A DNA stretch of 64,000 bases from Eledone cirrhosa (Eukaryota): positions 173,600,001 to 173,664,000 of the forward strand of contig OZ024742.1 of the NCBI GenBank assembly GCA_964016885.1, read 5' to 3'. Of this stretch, positions 61,033 through 64,000 are shown piece by piece. The position numbers were made by a program, and so were the translations under genes. Position 1 is the first letter of the stretch; every line of letters starts with the position of its first letter. The notes beneath the pieces are model-generated. The model had not been told where the DNA came from. It did not search any database and saw only the letters and a list, made by a program, of their open reading frames with translations.

Positions 61033-62997
61033 ATGGCTGAGCCACGTCCCCCAGCGATATGTTTGCTGTCGTGCGACAACGACGTGGAAGTTGAGAGGAG
61101 CGCTACAGCGAAATTAACACACATTGATAACACGAACACCACCACAAACAAGGTAAACAAAGACACCAATGATACCAATAAGAACTCTAATTTTGGAAAA
61201 AATGACAGTAACAGCGACATTGAAAATACAGATAACAAAATAAAAATAACAAATACAACAACAATATCAACACCACTAACATGAAAACAAATAGCGACAA
61301 CACCAACAGCAACAATACCAACTGCACCGAGAACAACAGTGGCAACAAAGACAACAATGATAACAGCGACAGTGCTAACAACAACACCAACAAGAACAAC
61401 GTCAACAACACCCCTAACCAAAACAAGACCACTTTCGCTGCGGCAGCAGCAAAAAAGAGGCCATGCTTCAACATGGACTTCTCAAACAAAGATGAAAAGA
61501 TGGCCCAGGCATGGAAGCTCATCAAGCAAGAGCAAACTTGGGCCAACTTAACTGTCCCGGTAGAAGCTATTGAGGCAGTGGTGCGCAAAACAGTGCATTA
61601 TAGTTGCATCTCAGCACAAACCAAAAGGGCAGCGTTAAATCCACAAGAAGATGTCGAAGTCGCGCTGAGATGCATCAGAGAAGACACCCAGTACATAGAG
61701 AGGGGGCAGACAGTACGGCACCATTTCGGTGTTGCTCAAGTCAGAAGCCCTCGCTATGAAACACGCTATGACTCCTTGCAAAACCACCAAGGTCATAATG
61801 TACCCCTCCCACATGGGAAAAAGAACGGCCCGTCTCCGCATTCCCAGAATCCCAACAGGGCTTGACGTGTGGCTTCTGGGATGTGTGATTGTGGTCGGGA
61901 CGGATACAGTCCCTATAGAAGTGACCAGAACGGCCAGAGAGGACTGGTCCGTGGTTGACCTGGAGATCCCTCTTCAAATCAGGCCCGAGAATGTGAAGAC
62001 AATCCCGGACCACATCCGCCTTCAGAATGGGACTGTCATTCACATTATGACAGAAGGCAAAAGGCCGCAGTGTTTTGTTTGTGGGGAAAAAACCCATTTG
62101 CGAGCCTTCTGCCCTCAACTGCTGAAAGAGGCAAGGGGTCGAAAGGCTCCACTGCTGCCGATGCCGGGGCGAGGACCACAACCATCACCTGCACCGGCAA
62201 AACCACCAACAACAACACCAATAGAAAGACCACCACCAACATTGACCACACAGGGGGGAAACGAGGAAAGCTGTCAAATTCCCCCTCCCCCCCAAAATAC
62301 ACACAACAATAACACCTTAAACATACATACAGACACACTTACAGACACAGACCCCTCATCTACCAGTAGTGAAAATGAGGGAAATCCAAAATCCCCCAAA
62401 ATACAAAAAAGGAAACACAAAAAGAAAAAAAAAACTCACACAAGCGCAAAGGCACCCACAATAAAAAACGCAGACACCACCCACGCAAGCATCTCTCCAA
62501 TAACACCAACATCAACACCACCATCACTATCACCGGAATCCCCCAAACGCAAACAACCGAAACAGACGCAAGTACAAATATACACATACAACACAGACAC
62601 CGCACTCACAACAAACACAGATACAACCGAAACAACACCACCACAATCATCACCACCACAGCGACGCAAACAAATAAAATCACACCAACAAAACATACAA
62701 AACTTCGTGCTCGTCAGGAGGGCCAACAAGGAACTGATGGCCCTCGTAGCACGGAGTGAAAATATACAAAAAGAGGGGGACATTTTTAAATCGAGCACAT
62801 TTCGCGTGCCGGAAGATTTGGTTCTGGTGCGAATGTCGCTCGACATATTCAAAGAAATACGAGACAGCTTTCCTCGGGACGTGGGAACCCCGGACGTAAA
62901 ACCCACTTCAAGACTTTTAAAGGGGTTTCCAAAAGAAACCCCACTAACTATGGAGGTCGAACAACCCGACCTTCACAAGAGCCCGGAAGGTAAGTAA
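61033..62997 (+). pseudogene. LINE ORF1 (gag-like, CCHC zinc knuckle) with two frameshifts
   Basis: TFAAAAA, CFVCGEKTHLRAFC, Pro/Thr/Lys-rich tail; split across three overlapping ORFs. Confidence 0.8.
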
Positions 62998-63028
62998 ACC
63001 TTCCTCTGTCTCTGTTTAACCTGCCAAC

Positions 63029-64000
63029 ATGGCCGTATTAAGAGTAGGATGTTTAAATGTTCGAGGCCTGGGATCGTCCTGGAAGCAGGTTCCCCTGCTC
63101 AACGACCTCAGGTCTATAGAAATGGACGTAATTTCAGTCAGCGAGACCAGGATCTCCGACACGCGCGCACTAGCCCCCATTTTCGACGACTATCAGATCT
63201 TTGCATCTGTTAGCCGGCCGGTAATGGGAGGCGGGGTGGCAGTGCTGTTTAGGAAAGGCCTGGATCTCGAGGTAAGGTCGATCTTCCGGGACCCGAACGG
63301 GAAGTTGGTGGTCCTGGATGTGAGCAATAATGAAGGTGGTGCCTTTAGACTGGTGGCAGTCTATGCTCCTACCGGGGCAGGACGGACGGACTTATTTAGA
63401 CGCCTGGAAACCTTTCTGGGTACGTCTCGCCCTTTACTGTTAGCGGGGGACTGGAAGGGCATCTTAGACGCACGCTGGGACTGTGTGGGAGTATCCTATA
63501 GGAGCGAGGGGTGCAAAAGCCTCAAGAAACTACTGATCAGCCAGTTCCAACTGTCTGACAGGTACCGACTAGATTTCCTTAATGCGCAGTGTGGACCGGG
63601 GCTAACTGCATAGGGTCATCTAGATCGTATATAGACAGGATATTCATTAGGAAAATTATCAGAAATAGTGTAAGCTGTCCGCGTTTTGAAACGGTCGCCT
63701 ATTCAGATCACAAGTTTGTGATCTGTATGGTCGACCTAGATAAGACGCGTAGGTTAGGACCTGGTTACTGGAAGCTAAACATGTCATTTCCGGCACGTAA
63801 GGCTTACAGGGACCAGGTCAACAATTTAGTTAGGAAAAAGTTGACAGGGGGAGTCGTCAACAATAGATGGTGGGGGGCTCTCAAAAGAGAGATTAGAGTA
63901 ATGTCGATAGAGTTTAGCAAAGAAGTAGCATTAGAGAAAAATAGAAAGGAGGGGGAGTTGGGAGATAAGTTAGACGAGACTATTGGTAGTGGCATTGCAA
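63029..64000 (+). pseudogene. LINE ORF2 APE endonuclease, frameshifted
   Basis: LNVRGL, SET, GGGVAVL, VYAP, AGDW, then SYIDRIFI, SDHK and GPGYWKLN in another frame. Confidence 0.85.

Larger units (their letters stand above)
60828..64000 (+). mobile_element. Tx1/L1-clade LINE, 5' portion (continues past the window)
   Basis: 5' UTR, ORF1 and ORF2 in tandem. Confidence 0.9.

Overview
AT-rich animal genomic DNA dense in (TA)n, (CA)n and (GA)n microsatellites. The SINE family and repeat landscape suggest an octopus-like cephalopod (inference). I recognise no host protein-coding gene, and nearly all tracked ORFs are microsatellite artefacts. The window is dominated by Penelope-like elements (PLEs): one intact, young RT+GIY-YIG element (34778-41422) with pseudo-LTRs (pLTRs) and an inverted partial copy, plus four or five decayed PLEs. 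It also holds tRNA-derived SINEs, two Tx1/L1-like LINEs, and RTE, CRE and mariner remnants. The main hidden structure is in the short non-coding islands inside the (TA)n tracts. Most are inverted or tandem duplications carrying a type I hammerhead ribozyme (HHR). By hand I count about 20 sequence families and more than 40 full, partial or decayed copies. Several have non-canonical cores (U3-A8 instead of C3-G8, U4C, A13C), very long stem II domains and family-specific palindromic stem III. Some form non-coding, circularly permuted monomers of about 320, 330, 510 and 1416 bp (retrozyme-like). All folds and coordinates were read by eye.
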